A stretch of DNA of 64,000 bases, taken from NCBI GenBank assembly GCA_951406725.2, contig OX597823.1, forward strand, positions 9,424,001 through 9,488,000, written 5' to 3'. The stretch is from Octopus vulgaris. Lineage: Eukaryota. Below the pieces are notes generated by a model. It worked only from the letters and a program-made list of their open reading frames with translations. It did no database searches and was not told where the DNA came from. Positions 11,951 to 26,042 of this stretch are shown here, piece after piece. Position 1 is the first letter of the stretch. Each line of letters starts with the position of its first letter. The translations under genes were made by a program, and so were the position numbers.

Positions 11951-12395
11951 GGGATCTTTTCGGTTAGAACGGCAGTTTTTAACATAATTTCTAGGTAACT
12001 AAAAAATTTTAAACTTCGTATACTGATAGAATGTGTTGATAAAACATCTTTTTCTCTTGGCTTTAATGAGAAAATTCTATAATTTGTAAACTATTTGTTG
12101 TTTTTTTCTTCAATTTCTGCAATTTCAACCAATCATTGACGTCTATTGAGGTGAAAAACATTCTGTGCCGTATGAATATGTCCCTCGTTTAAGAAACAGG
12201 TTGGGTTCATTTACATTAGTGAAGAAAAAAAAAGATACCCTTCCCCCAACCCTAACCCTAACCCTAACGAACCCTAACTAACCCTAAACCTAAAACAGAT
12301 TGAAATGCAATAGATCGATACTAGGGTCATAATTATGGGTAGCAATTTCATATGACACCGCTAGAAAAAATTGCCGTTCAAACCGACAAGATCCC
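11951..12395 (-). mobile_element. Second copy of the TTAGGG-containing TIR element, inverted
   Basis: GGGATC...GATCCC termini, TSD GGCAAT at 11945-11950 and 12396-12401, (CCCTAA)n at ~12247-12292. Confidence 0.92.
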
Positions 12396-12771
12396 GGCAA
12401 TGTATTTATTAGAGATGATTCTAGAATACTCGAGAGTGAATTCATATATTAGACGATGAGGAATAGAGAAGACAAGATATGAATAATGAGGAGATTAGGT
12501 TAATAAAAGAGCAATAAGGAATTAAGGAAACTCATTTTCAAAAGACCTAAAACAGACTATGGCTGCAACACAAATGCGACACTTATTGAGACGATAAACA
12601 ATGATTAAGAAGCTAGAGGAAGATAAAAGAAAAGGCAATGTAACAAAAGATGCGAAATATATTTTCTTGTTTATTGTTGACGATGACAGAGACGATTGCT
12701 TATTTATTGCTTCCTTGTGTAATTGAATTTCTTTATTCAATGATTCACACACAATCTATCTGTCTCTTTCG

Positions 12772-12807
<36 letters not shown>

Positions 12808-12881
12808 CTCGCTCTCTACCTCTGTCCCTCACACACATACACACATATGCGTTAATGATTAATCATGGATTAAATGATTGC

Positions 12882-13507
<626 letters not shown>

Positions 13508-13883
13508 CACTGACATATATCTGCATTGTGCAAAGTATTGTGTGTATGCGTCAGTGTTTATGTCTAATAATAAAACAATAGATAGAGGGGTAAACATTGT
13601 CAAATGATTTTTTTTTTAAAGTGCTTGAAATTGAGTCATGTAGAACAATGTAATCTAATACTTCAAGAAAAACAGCTCTTGCTACTGCTGCTACTGCTGC
13701 TACTACTGCTACAGCTACTGCTGCCATTCTTACAAGTACTGCACCTGCCGCTGCAATTCCTATTCTTTCTTCATGCTCACAGAAGTTTCCGCTAATGTGG
13801 CGCTGCAAAAAATGTAAAAACTTTCCCTTGGCAATCCAAGAGCCAGCCCTTGGTTCGATCTTAGTACGTGGCGTTTGAGTATC

Positions 13884-14098
13884 CTCTTTTACTCTTTTAC
13901 ATGTTTTGGGTCATTTGACTGTGGCCATGCTGGAGCACTGCCTTTAGTCGAGCAAATCGACCCCAGGTCTTATTCTTTGTAAGCTTAGTACTTATTCTAT
14001 CGGTCTCTTTTGCCAAACCGCTTAGTTACGGTGACATAAACACACCAGCATCGGTTGTCAAGCGATGTTGTGGGGACAAACACAGACACTCACACTAA

Positions 14099-14154
<56 letters not shown>

Positions 14155-14316
14155 GATGGGCATCTTTCAGTTTCCGTCTACCAAATCCACTCACAAGGCC
14201 TTGGTCGACCCGAGGCTATAGTAGAAGACACTTGCTGAAGGTGCCACGCAGTGGGACTGAACCCGGGCCCATGTGGTTGGTAAACAAGCTACTTACCACA
14301 CAGCGACTTTTATGCC
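13884..14316 (-). mobile_element. SINE family A, full length
   Basis: Reverse-complement match over head, body and tail. Confidence 0.92.
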
Positions 14317-14489
14317 TATAGTTTGTTAGTTTTTATAATCTGAAACTGTAGAAACCGTCGGGGGCAAGAAATATAAATGTTCGGCCTTGTAGTACATAAT
14401 CTATCTCCTAGTGACTGATAATTGTATTAAATATACACGCGTTTGTAAAATGCTCCACCACTTAAAATTTAGTATAGGAATACTTAAAT

Positions 14490-15100
14490 GCGACGAGCTG
14501 GTAGAATCGTTAGCACGCCGGGCGAGCTTAGCGGTATTTCGTCTGCCGCTACGTTCTGAGATCAAATTCCGCCGAGGTCCACTTTGCCTTTCATCCTTTC
14601 GGGGTTGATAAATTAAGTACCAGTTACGCACTGGGGTCGATGTAATCGACTTAATCCGTTTGTCTGTCCTTGTTTGTCCCCTCTATGTTTAGCCCCCTGA
14701 GGGCAATAAAGAAATAAGTATTTCGTCTGCCATTACGTTCTGAGTTCAAATTCCGCCGAGGTCGACTTTGCCTTTAATCCTTTCGGGATCGATTAAATAA
14801 GTACCAGTTACGCACTGGGGTCGATGTAATAATCTTAATCCGTTTGTCTGTCCTTGTTTGTACCCTCTGTGTGTAGCCCCTTGTGGGCAGTAAAGAAATA
14901 AGGATCGTTAGCTCGCCGGGCAAAATATTTAGAAGCAATTCATCTGTTCTTACTTTTCGAGTTCATATTCCACCGAGGTAGACTCTGCCGGTCGTCCCTT
15001 CGGGTTGATCAATAAAATATGTGCCAGTTTAGTACTGGGGGTCCATGCAATCATCTCACTCCTCCTCCGAAATTGATTTCTTTGTTCCAAAATTTCAAAG
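14490..15100 (+). mobile_element. SINE family B cluster (dimer followed by an older diverged copy)
   Basis: Head CGAGCTGGTAGAATCGTTAGCACG; two core+tail-1 units joined at GAAATAA|GTATTTC; then a degenerate unit. Confidence 0.9.
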
Positions 15101-15292
15101 GAACACAGGATCGAGTAATTGCTTGATACTCATCTTCAAACGGCGGAGTTCCGCTATTATCATTATTAGGTAACAAGGCAGCATATTAATGTTGCTAAGC
15201 CCACTGTAAATTGGATTCAAGTTTATTTAAATTAACTCTATACTGATATGTGATATGCAATATTGGATAAGACGAAATGGTACTGAATATAT

Positions 15293-15452
15293 GGCGTAGG
15301 AATGGCTGTGTGGTAAGTAGCTTGCTTACAAACTACATGGTTCCGGGTTCAGTCCCACTGCAGGGCACCTTGGGCAAGTGTATTCTATAGCCTTGGGCCA
15401 ACCAAAGCCTTGTGAGTGGATTTTGTAGACGGAAACTGAAAGAAGCCCGTCG
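15293..15452 (+). mobile_element. SINE family A, 5' half
   Basis: Head and CORE-like part up to the internal (TA)n. Confidence 0.9.
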
Positions 15453-15575
15453 TATATATGTATATGCATGTGCATGTATATGTTTGTGTGATTGTCCCTC
15501 CAACATGTATACGTACAAAAATTATGTATGGAATAGGTATACGTACCTCTGTGTGTTGCCCATATATACACACAC

Positions 15576-15608
<33 letters not shown>

Positions 15609-15613
15609 GGTGA

Positions 15614-15646
<33 letters not shown>

Positions 15647-15759
15647 TGGCCTGCTCGCTTAGCCAGCGGGGTGGCGTCGTTCGAAGGCTAAAACAATGCG
15701 ATCGCATTGTGACCAGTGATGTGTAGAAACACCTGATGGTTTGGTCCGTCACGTGATCG

Positions 15760-15764
<5 letters not shown>
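15647..15764 (+). mobile_element. Unclassified ~118-bp structured element embedded in (TA)n, copy 1
   Basis: TGGCCTGCTCGCTTAGCCAGCGGGGTGGCGTC...CACGTGATCGCGTGA; near-identical copies at 22023 and 55020. Confidence 0.85.
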
Positions 15765-15808
<44 letters not shown>

Positions 15809-15819
15809 GATATATATTT

Positions 15820-16117
15820 TGTTGTGATCTGAACATAACCGTTTCTGACACAGAGGATTCGGAAACCTTTTAGGCGTTCTATTTTCCTTGCTGGAAGGGT
15901 TCCCAAACCATGGGTAAAGGGGAGGGCGTTCGATCATGAGGTGGTGTTTTCAAAAGGGTTGCCATGTGCAACCTGATCACCTCTGCCGATTAAACTCCCA
16001 ACCCATGCGCACCTGTCGTGGCATTGATTCTGCAGAACTGGATTGGGCGTGAAAACCAATTTTAAAGTATAAATATAGATGTTTTTGAATCAGCAATGTT
16101 GTGTTCAGTTAAGTCCT
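15820..16117 (+). mobile_element. Possible truncated solo LTR
   Basis: Begins TGTTGTGA, GC-richer than flanks, TATAAATA at 16068-16075 with downstream TCAG motifs; no 3' CA end or partner LTR seen. Confidence 0.35.
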
Positions 16118-16566
16118 ATTTGGGATGAAAAATAAATATACTGATTCCTTATGGGGTTTTCCATTTCATCAGGATTTTAAAAAATCGATAAACTGATTCC
16201 TTATAGGATTTTTCACTAAAATTGGCTACACCTCATTTTCAACCGTAACTTTTACCAATTCTGATGTATTTTGCTCAAATTTGATGCCAGCATTACATAG
16301 GAGTCATAGGATCTTACATTGCTTTAAGTTCTCCCAAAACGAAAAAAGACAAAAACAATCGTTGAGAGGAAAATATCGATAAACCGCTTCCCTATGAGAT
16401 TTCCCAATCAAATTTTCAGCCACTCATTTTCAGCCAAAAGTTTACGAATTTCAACAGATTTCGCTCAAATTTGACGTCGATGTTACTTAGTTTGGTTTGA
16501 AATAAAGAGCTTGATTAGCTTAATAATCCTAACTTAATCCCGGGCAAAGCTGGACTATACTGCTAG
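16118..16566 (+). mobile_element. Helitron-type element (3' part) with internal degenerate repeats
   Basis: 3' end CCCGGGCAAAGCTGG...TACTGCTAG|T like the other Helitrons; three A.AC(T/C)G.TTCC.TAT.G blocks; 5' end not identified. Confidence 0.6.
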
Positions 16567-16883
16567 TGTTTTATGTATGTATATATATATATATATATAT
16601 ATAACGCTTGCATGGGTAATTTTGTGTCATTCTTTAACTAAAGCTTGCTTAAGCTCTTTCAGTGAATACGGCAGAGAGATGTAGCCCTTCACTTGCTGCT
16701 CGAGTATGCTTCTTGAATACATTAAGATCAGGTGCTTTCAGGGCCATTCCAAATGGTATACTTCAGTTTTATGCTCTTTGCACCAACTCTGAATAATATT
16801 AGCCTTGTAAATTGGTCCACCTTTATCCTAGTGACCGAGCTGCTAGTACGGAGGTCATTCACCCTGTTAGTTCATAGTTTATA

Positions 16884-17298
16884 TATTTCTTTACTACCCA
16901 CAAGGGGTTAAACATAGAGGAGACAAACGATGACAGACAAAGGGATTAAGTCGATTACATCGACCCAAGTGCGAAACTGGTACTTTATTTATCGACCCCG
17001 AAAGGATGAAATGCAAAGTCGACCTCGGCGGAATTTGAACAAAGAACGTAACGACAGACGAAATACCTATTTCTTTATTACCCAGAAGGGGCTAAAGACA
17101 GAGGGGACAAACAAAGACAGACATAGGTATTAAGTCGATTACATCGACCCCAGTGCGAAACTGGTACTTTATTTATCGACCCCGAAAGGATGAAATGCAA
17201 AGTCGACCTCGGCGGAATTTGAACTAAGAATGTAACGACAGACGAAATACCGCTACGCATTTCACCCGGTGCGCTAACGACTCTGCCAGCTTGCCGCC
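16884..17298 (-). mobile_element. SINE family B dimer
   Basis: Two core+tail-1 units under one head; flanking GTTAGT(T/A)CATAG is a probable TSD. Confidence 0.9.
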
Positions 17299-18129
17299 TT
17301 GTTAGTACATAGCTCATAGTTTCGCTTCTGAGTAACTAACTGGCTTTTCTTCTATTCTACTGGGGAATAATTCTTGATAAAATATTTATTGCAATATTTA
17401 CCTTGACATCGTTTAATCGATGTAAACCTTCTTTGTTTTTCCTTTTGGTATTTATGCTTCATTTATGGCTTCAGTATCTTGGTCCTCTGGCTAAACAAAG
17501 AAGCCTTCCTCATCTTATTCATTATTATTATTAGTTTTCTTTGAGTTGTTGTTGTTGGCGTTGCTTTTAAAAAAGCATGCAAGGAAAATCACGAAAAATA
17601 TTATTCAAGATAAAATATTGAAGTTTCCAACATATTTCAATTACTGTCCATATATATTTTGATTGCTGGAAAATACTAAAGGATCTACTCATGGATATGA
17701 ATGTAGATAAGGATGCGGACGTGGATGTATGTATGCATATGTTAGTGTTTACATAACTTTGTGTTTGCATATGACACACACACACACACACTCTCTTTCT
17801 TTCTCTCTCGATCGGTCGATCGACACAAACGCAGACACACACACACAAACACACAGACACACACACATACACACATGACTGTGATTGGATAAAAGCCATC
17901 TGGTTTTCCTTTTAATATAAGGATCGGTTGTTAAGCGCAGAATGATTTTTCGTAACTCGTTGAACATTACTTTCTAAAACTGATAGGTATGTTGCTGAAA
18001 TCCGCGCGGTTATCTTAGGGATATAACTTCGGTAGTGGCACTTTGAGCAAGTGTCTTCTGCTATAGCCTCGGGCCGACCAAACCTTGTGAGTGGATTTGG
18101 TAGACAGAAACTGAAAGAAGCTTGTCGTA

Positions 18130-18182
<53 letters not shown>

Positions 18183-18184
<2 letters not shown>

Positions 18185-18366
18185 CGGGAAGCTTTATGAA
18201 TATAAACAAACGACGAAGGCAGGTGGAATACAAACAAATAATTGTATTAGTATGGCGCTCAGGAATATAAATAAAACAAGTCTTTTACATTTCGAGCCTA
18301 CGCTCTTCATCAGAAAGATACACAGAAAAGAAACACGGAGAGAAACAAGGAGAGAAAAAAATGGCG

Positions 18367-18367
<1 letters not shown>
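18183..18367 (-). mobile_element. Short Penelope-like-element (pLTR-like) remnant inserted in (TA)n
   Basis: Homologous to 40213-40392, 56411-56590 and (reverse) 33090-33171; carries a minimal hammerhead motif. Confidence 0.7.
18281..18318 (-). ncRNA. Minimal type-I hammerhead ribozyme motif (PLE type)
   Basis: Minus strand TCTTT-CTGATGA-A-GAGC(GTAG)GCTC-GAAA-TG-TA-AAAGA: stem I TCTTT/AAAGA, intact core, 4-bp stem II, GUA cleavage triplet. Confidence 0.78.
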
Positions 18368-18445
<78 letters not shown>

Positions 18446-19196
18446 CTCAGGGGTCGATTTGCTCGACTAAAGGCGGTGCCCCAGCACGGCCAAAGTCAAA
18501 TGACTGGAACAAGTAAAAGAGTAAAAGAATAGAAGAGATGTGTTTGTGAGATTATGAAGTGTAGCATCTAACATATAAATTGATGAATCACACATCTGTT
18601 GCACACTCCTCAAACTACACATCTTAATTGACGAACAAATTTATACATATCCTATCTCTGCAGGGAAGCATCTGAACGTAATTTTATAACCAGAATATCA
18701 CGCTCAAAATCAAAACCTCGACACATAGTATTGGTAATCTGAGAAAGGAGGAGGAGAAGGTTATATATGTTAATGATTTTATCCATCAATCAAAACCTGA
18801 CAAGCTTAGCTAGATGGATGTGTCAAATTTCTCTGATATGCACAGGCATTCGGAGACAGAGCTTAATTATTTTCTCTTTACGAAGAGATCTTTTAAAACT
18901 GAAATATGGAGATATTATGTAATGATGTAAGCCGTTTATTTTTACGGTGTTGATTCATCCCTTTATTTCCAACGTGCATGAAGTGCCTCTTTGTAGTCAA
19001 GTTATACAAGCATACACCTATAGATACAAGTATGTGAATGTACAAACTGATTTACATACATATATAATTCCACACATTCACAATACATGAAAACACACAC
19101 ACACGTGTGTGCGTAATATTCATGTGCATTATTCATACACATGTACGTGTACACATGTGCACATCTACATGCTCACGCGTAAGTGCTCGCATACAC

Positions 19197-19861
<665 letters not shown>

Positions 19862-20220
19862 ACCTTCTTCAATCTGATTCCTAAATATACTTGCAAAAGA
19901 TTTGGAAGTACTCTGTCTTATCGTTCAAGGTGTGAGACTGAACAATACTAATTGGTCGATAACTGATGAAGAATTGTGGATATTCTGTTTGTCGCCCGTT
20001 CGAATATACACCACTCAGTATACGTTACGTCGTTTGCTTATATTTTTTAAGATTTATATATATATATATATATATATAAATATATACACGCACGTAAATA
20101 TTCGTATATCTCTATGTAGGCGCACACCTACAAAGCATGAATAGATTCATTTCTATCATTACAAAAAGTTGTTACAAGAATAAGGAACAGAATGTTGTTA
20201 GAGACATTACTTCTGTTTCA

Positions 20221-20270
<50 letters not shown>

Positions 20271-20344
20271 TTAACCTCATTTCTCGATAATGTTTTTTTC
20301 TTTAGAATTTTCGATTTTCTGCAACAGATTTTCTGCAACAGTTG

Positions 20345-20378
<34 letters not shown>

Positions 20379-20552
20379 CACATATATGCATATATATATA
20401 GAGAGAGATTTCTATGTATATACATATACATTTGCATATATCATACATTTATGATTGCTATATTTGAGGTTTTGATTTTATAATTCTGAGAGTGTTCATT
20501 TCCCAAGGCCTGTTCGTTTTAGATTCGAAGATACATGCATACATACATACAT

Positions 20553-20645
<93 letters not shown>

Positions 20646-20745
20646 TAACACATGCATATTCATCGATTTCATTAAATATATTATGTTTATGGATAGTTCA
20701 ACATGTGATCGTATATAGTTGAATACCTAATTTCATATATACATA

Positions 20746-20809
<64 letters not shown>

Positions 20810-20934
20810 GTGTGTATATATATATATATATAGTGAGAGAGAGAGAGAGCAATGGAGAGAGAGAAAGAGAGGGAGAGAGCGCGACAGAGTTATATATATC
20901 ATATGAATATATATACATCTCTCTCTTTCTCTTC

Positions 20935-20993
<59 letters not shown>

Positions 20994-21347
20994 TACATAT
21001 GTAAACATATGTAAGTATATACTTTTCTATGCATAGTTACATAAACATTTATATATATATTCATATTAGTTCCTGTTGTGTGTTTTGTGAAAATTTTCAG
21101 TTTCCCAATATCAACATCAAAGCGAATGATCAGCTTAGAACATACATTCTCCTAAAACATAATATTTACCGACAATATATTTTTCAACACATAATTAATT
21201 TTCTAATATCTTTCTTAAATAACACTTTACTCATTTCAATTCTTTTATCTGTGTAAAAACACAGATATTCAATGTATTCCTGTGTCTGTATCTCCACCTT
21301 TCATGAACACACACACACACAAACACACACACTAACATACACACACA

Positions 21348-21379
<32 letters not shown>

Positions 21380-21752
21380 CTAGCTGTAACTCTTTCTCTG
21401 TAACCTTCACTAACACTTCCCTTCACAACGTTGCAAAATATTTCGCACAACTTATGTTTCTGTATTATATGGCTCATATATTTTATGTTTTTATTAAAAT
21501 TTTTATATGCTTCAAAGAAGAAGTGTATGTCATTATTGTCATGTGACAGCAGATGTGGGACAGAATATTGTTGAAATACAACTACGTATTAGTCTTTAAA
21601 ACGTAATATTTTATAAACTAACATTTGAAAATTTTCTACTGTATTTTATGGTTAGTTAGTTTTATTTATGAAATTCAGAACAAAGATATAACAATTTAAT
21701 TTCACGGTCTTCGTACTGCTCTGATAGTAGTTGACATTGCTTGCAAACATGT

Positions 21753-21821
<69 letters not shown>

Positions 21822-21943
21822 AATCTATCTATCTATCTATCTACCTACCTACCTATCTATCTATTTATAGGTGTGTATGTATATATACAAATATACATAC
21901 AAGCATACATATATATATATATACACACATATATATATATCCA

Positions 21944-22022
<79 letters not shown>

Positions 22023-22140
22023 TGGCCTGCTCGCTTAGCCAGCGGGGTGGCGTCATTCGAAGGCTAAAACAATGCGAACGCATTGTGACCAGCGATGTGT
22101 AACAACATCTGATGGTCTGGTCGGTCACGTGATCACGTGA
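22023..22140 (+). mobile_element. Unclassified ~118-bp structured element, copy 2
   Basis: Homologous to 15647 and 55020; (TA)n on both sides. Confidence 0.87.
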
Positions 22141-22201
22141 TATATATATACATACATATATCCAACGGGCTTCTTTCACTTTCCGTTTACCAAATACATA
22201 C

Positions 22202-22248
<47 letters not shown>

Positions 22249-22495
22249 TATAGTTATATATAGATATTTAACAAACTCCTATCACTGCGTGAATATTTAT
22301 ATACTGAATACATAGATAAAAGTATACATACGTATAAGAATACACGCCTCAAGAAACAAATATAAACACGGACATTCATATATACATGAACACTTATATA
22401 GGTACGTACATGAATGTATTTACGCCAGCGTACGTCTTAAATAAAAAGATGCACTTAATTTAAAGTGCATGTGGCGCTGAGTGTTATAGCACATA

Positions 22496-22870
22496 TCTTC
22501 TTTATATATAAAAGTGAGGTTGTGTGGTGTCTGTCTCCTACGATTTAGATTCCTAACTACTCCCACATTTTGCGCTGCAGTTTAACCAAAACCGGGTATC
22601 TTATAGTCGTGATTCATATCGAGCCCTTCTGGGTATTAGCGCGCGTCTACGATGAGTCTACGATTAAAAATTTTTAATGCATTTTTGGCATATATAAGGG
22701 AAGTAACTCTCTAAAAATTTATTATTAAACCTCAGAACGTAAATAGCTACAGTAACCCCCCTCCCTTTGTGGTTAGCCATATTGAGATGGCTATTATACT
22801 TTACATCTTTAAAAATGCTTATATGGTTATTTCCCTTACAAACCCGAGCAACGCCGGGCGATACTGCTAG
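22496..22870 (+). mobile_element. Non-autonomous Helitron
   Basis: A|TC 5' end, subterminal hairpin CCCGAGCAACGCCGGG, CTAG|T 3' end, no TSD. Confidence 0.9.
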
Positions 22871-23090
22871 TATTTCATACATGGAAATATAAATGGTTTG
22901 GAACGTAGGCAAAATCTGATTGCAATAAATCATTGGCTTTGACCACAACTGAATTCTCGACGATTCTAATGATTATTGCACTTTGTAGCTAAATTAGCCT
23001 TTTCAAAGCAAAATTTCCATCGAGCAGACATTTTCACAATTCTTCTTTTCGTTTTACTCATGTTTTTCCTTTGTTTAACGCGCGCGCACT

Positions 23091-23123
<33 letters not shown>

Positions 23124-23456
23124 CACGTGCCTCTCTTTCGCTCTTTCTCACACTCTCACAAAAAAAAGATTTTTCTTTCTCGAGCAGGGTATAGGGAATA
23201 AAACCTCGCTGAATATTTGATGCAAAAACACAGTCTCAATCCCTTTTAAGACTTTAAAAATTTCACCCAGTGTGTAAGATTACGTAAAAGAAGTCTCACA
23301 GCAAAAGAAAATTAATCGTTTACTTAACATCTCCGACTATAAAATAAACTTCAAAAGACATTTTCATGAAATACTTAAAAAACTGTATAGTATATTGTAC
23401 AATAGTAAAAATGAACGTATATATGTGTACACACACGTACAGATCCAATCCCCTCC

Positions 23457-23490
<34 letters not shown>

Positions 23491-23559
23491 CAATTTAACA
23501 AATAAAACATATGCATACATACATATATGTACATACCTACATCTATGTGTATATATACA

Positions 23560-23612
<53 letters not shown>

Positions 23613-23614
<2 letters not shown>

Positions 23615-23785
23615 GATTACAGGACGCTACAAATAAACGTAGAACACAACGAGAAAAGAAAATATAAAAACAAACAAGGAAACGGACTTTTTTTTAACAA
23701 CGAAAAAACAGAGTACAAGACAAACAATACAAGGAATATTCCCCTTCATCAGCTGCCACTGGTTCGACCCAATGCGTGTTTCGAA
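23613..23785 (-). mobile_element. Short PLE-like remnant, second family
   Basis: Reverse-complement homology to 28700-28876; minus strand TCGAAAC...CAGCTGATGAAGGGG; abuts (TA)n. Confidence 0.5.
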
Positions 23786-24016
23786 AATGAATGAATGGAG
23801 TTAAACGCAGGTGTTATTCAAATTCTTTTACTTCCGACATATACATATCCATCATTTTCTGTTAAAATGCTTTATTGACGAGTTTCATTTCTTCACTTCC
23901 CTGAAAAGAAGATTACATTGTTTTACACCATTTTATTCCTTTGGAATAATACCAGTGATATCTTCGAAACATATGTCGGAAGTAAAAGAATTTGAATAAC
24001 ACTTGCGTTTAACTCC

Positions 24017-24065
<49 letters not shown>

Positions 24066-25661
24066 GATTCGGTTGTACATAAGGTAAATGTGTTTGCAAG
24101 TTGTGGTTTCTTTTTTCCCATGCAACACTTATTTTAGTGCTGTAAACACCGTCTGATTGAATGGTACTACCGAGGTGTCGAAACCATAAAGATATCCATA
24201 GGGCAGCTGATGATGGAGGTATGTTGGATTGTTGGTATGCATATTTTTGTATATATCCTTTTGATATATAAGCTATATATATCAAGAGAGAAAGAGAGAT
24301 AGAGAGAGAGAGAGGTGATAAAGCAGATGAGTATAAACAGAGATAAGTTTAAGGCATATGTATATGTAGCAGAAACTACAGATGGTACAGTATGAAAAAA
24401 ATGAAAAGAAAAACAGAAAATATATACACATATATACATGCATATGTATCATATAACTGGATGGAGCTGAATCTCCTGAGTTCGTGCGCCTTTGATACGT
24501 TTTGTGTTTGATTTTACTTCATCCACGCAACGGGCCTGGTATTTGTGTTAATGGTTCGACATCCCGATAATACAAGACCCTGTATTGGATTACGTATTAC
24601 CAAACTAGTTACACCGAAGTGCGAACATATATATCCAGAACCTTACGTGAAATATAAAAGAAAGAATTTTATTTGGAAACGTCATTGAACTTGAGTTTGA
24701 GAGTAAGCATAGCAGCATTTTGGTATCATAGTTTTAATTTCACTATCTACGGACAATAGCATCGTTTAATAGGCAAAAAGAAATCGAACCAATTCCCCCC
24801 ACCACCCACCCACCCACTTCATTTGCAAGTAGAAGTATTGCTATATATAACTGATTATTTTTCCGTCTTCTGTTTTATTTGTAAAACCACGATTCGACTT
24901 ATTTTCAAGGAGAAACACTTACTGGGAATCACAATAAACATTTATGCAAATATTCCAGAGTTGTATTTGCTCTTTTAATGAATATATCTCTTAAACTACT
25001 TGGCAAAGTGTATTTTTTACATGTAATCGATAGAGAATCTAAAGGTAAATACATTTTATTATTAATCTTAACATAATAACGTAGTTTTGATATTCATACA
25101 TTAATTATTTCAAAACTGTATAAGCAATATATTGAATAAAATAGTCTTTCCTTTAATTTTCTAGAATATTTAAGATGGACGGAATACTGTCAAGAAGTAA
25201 CTATCCATAATGTCGTGAATAATTCAGAAAGCTCAAGGTGAGATTGTATTTCTAGATAAATAAAATCGCCTTGGATTATATGATTGAGATTCCGGGAGAT
25301 ATGTATTGTTGATTAACATGTTCTAGGACTTGTTTAGTTCTTATATTAAACGAAAACAGAAACTAAAAGCCCAGTGAGACTTAATTCGTTAAAAGGGAAT
25401 TAAAACAATAATACAAAGCACTCTCTAAAATTAAAATGGGGAAGGAATCAGCCATTATATCAACCTAGTTTTTGAATCAGAAAGAATGAAGGAAATATTG
25501 ACCGCGTTTAGTTCAGAACGTAAAACAGCATACCTAACACCTAATCATATTCTGCTAATCAACCAGTGGATACAACGGAAATAATAGGTTAAAAAATATG
25601 AGATAGAAACGGCCGCATCTTGCAACTGTCCTAGTACACTTAATATTTACTGACTACAAAT

Positions 25662-26042
25662 GGCGAGATGGCAGAATCGTTAGCACGCCGGGCGAAATGC
25701 GTAGCCGTATTTCGTCTGCCATTACGTTCTGAGTTCAAATTCCGCCTAGGTCGACTTTGCCTTTCATCCTTTCGGGGTCGATTAAATAAGTACCAGTTAT
25801 GCACTGGTGTCGATGTACTCAACTTAATCCGTTTGTCTGTCCTTGTTCGTCCCCTCTGTGTTTAGTCCCTTGTGTGTAGTAAAGTATTTCGTCTGCCGTT
25901 ACGTTCTGCGTTCAAATTCCGCCGAGGTCGACTTTGCCTTTCATCCTTTCGGGAACGATAAATTAAGTACCAGTTACGTACTGGTATCGATCTAATCGAC
26001 TGAGCCCCTTCCCTAAAATTTCGGGCCTAGAGTTGAAAAGAA
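25662..26042 (+). mobile_element. SINE family B composite (tail-1 unit + tail-2 unit)
   Basis: Probable 20-bp TSD AATATTTACTG(A/T)CTA(C/T)AAAT around the whole composite. Confidence 0.9.

Larger units (their letters stand above)
18035..18529 (+). mobile_element. SINE family A pieces split at the internal (TA)n by a hammerhead-bearing element
   Basis: 5' body 18035-18128; 3' tail piece ~18449-18529. Confidence 0.8.

Noticed and set aside
12247-12292. Telomere or chromosome-fusion scar
   Set aside because: The short degenerate (CCCTAA)n lies inside a TSD-bounded transposon that occurs more than once.
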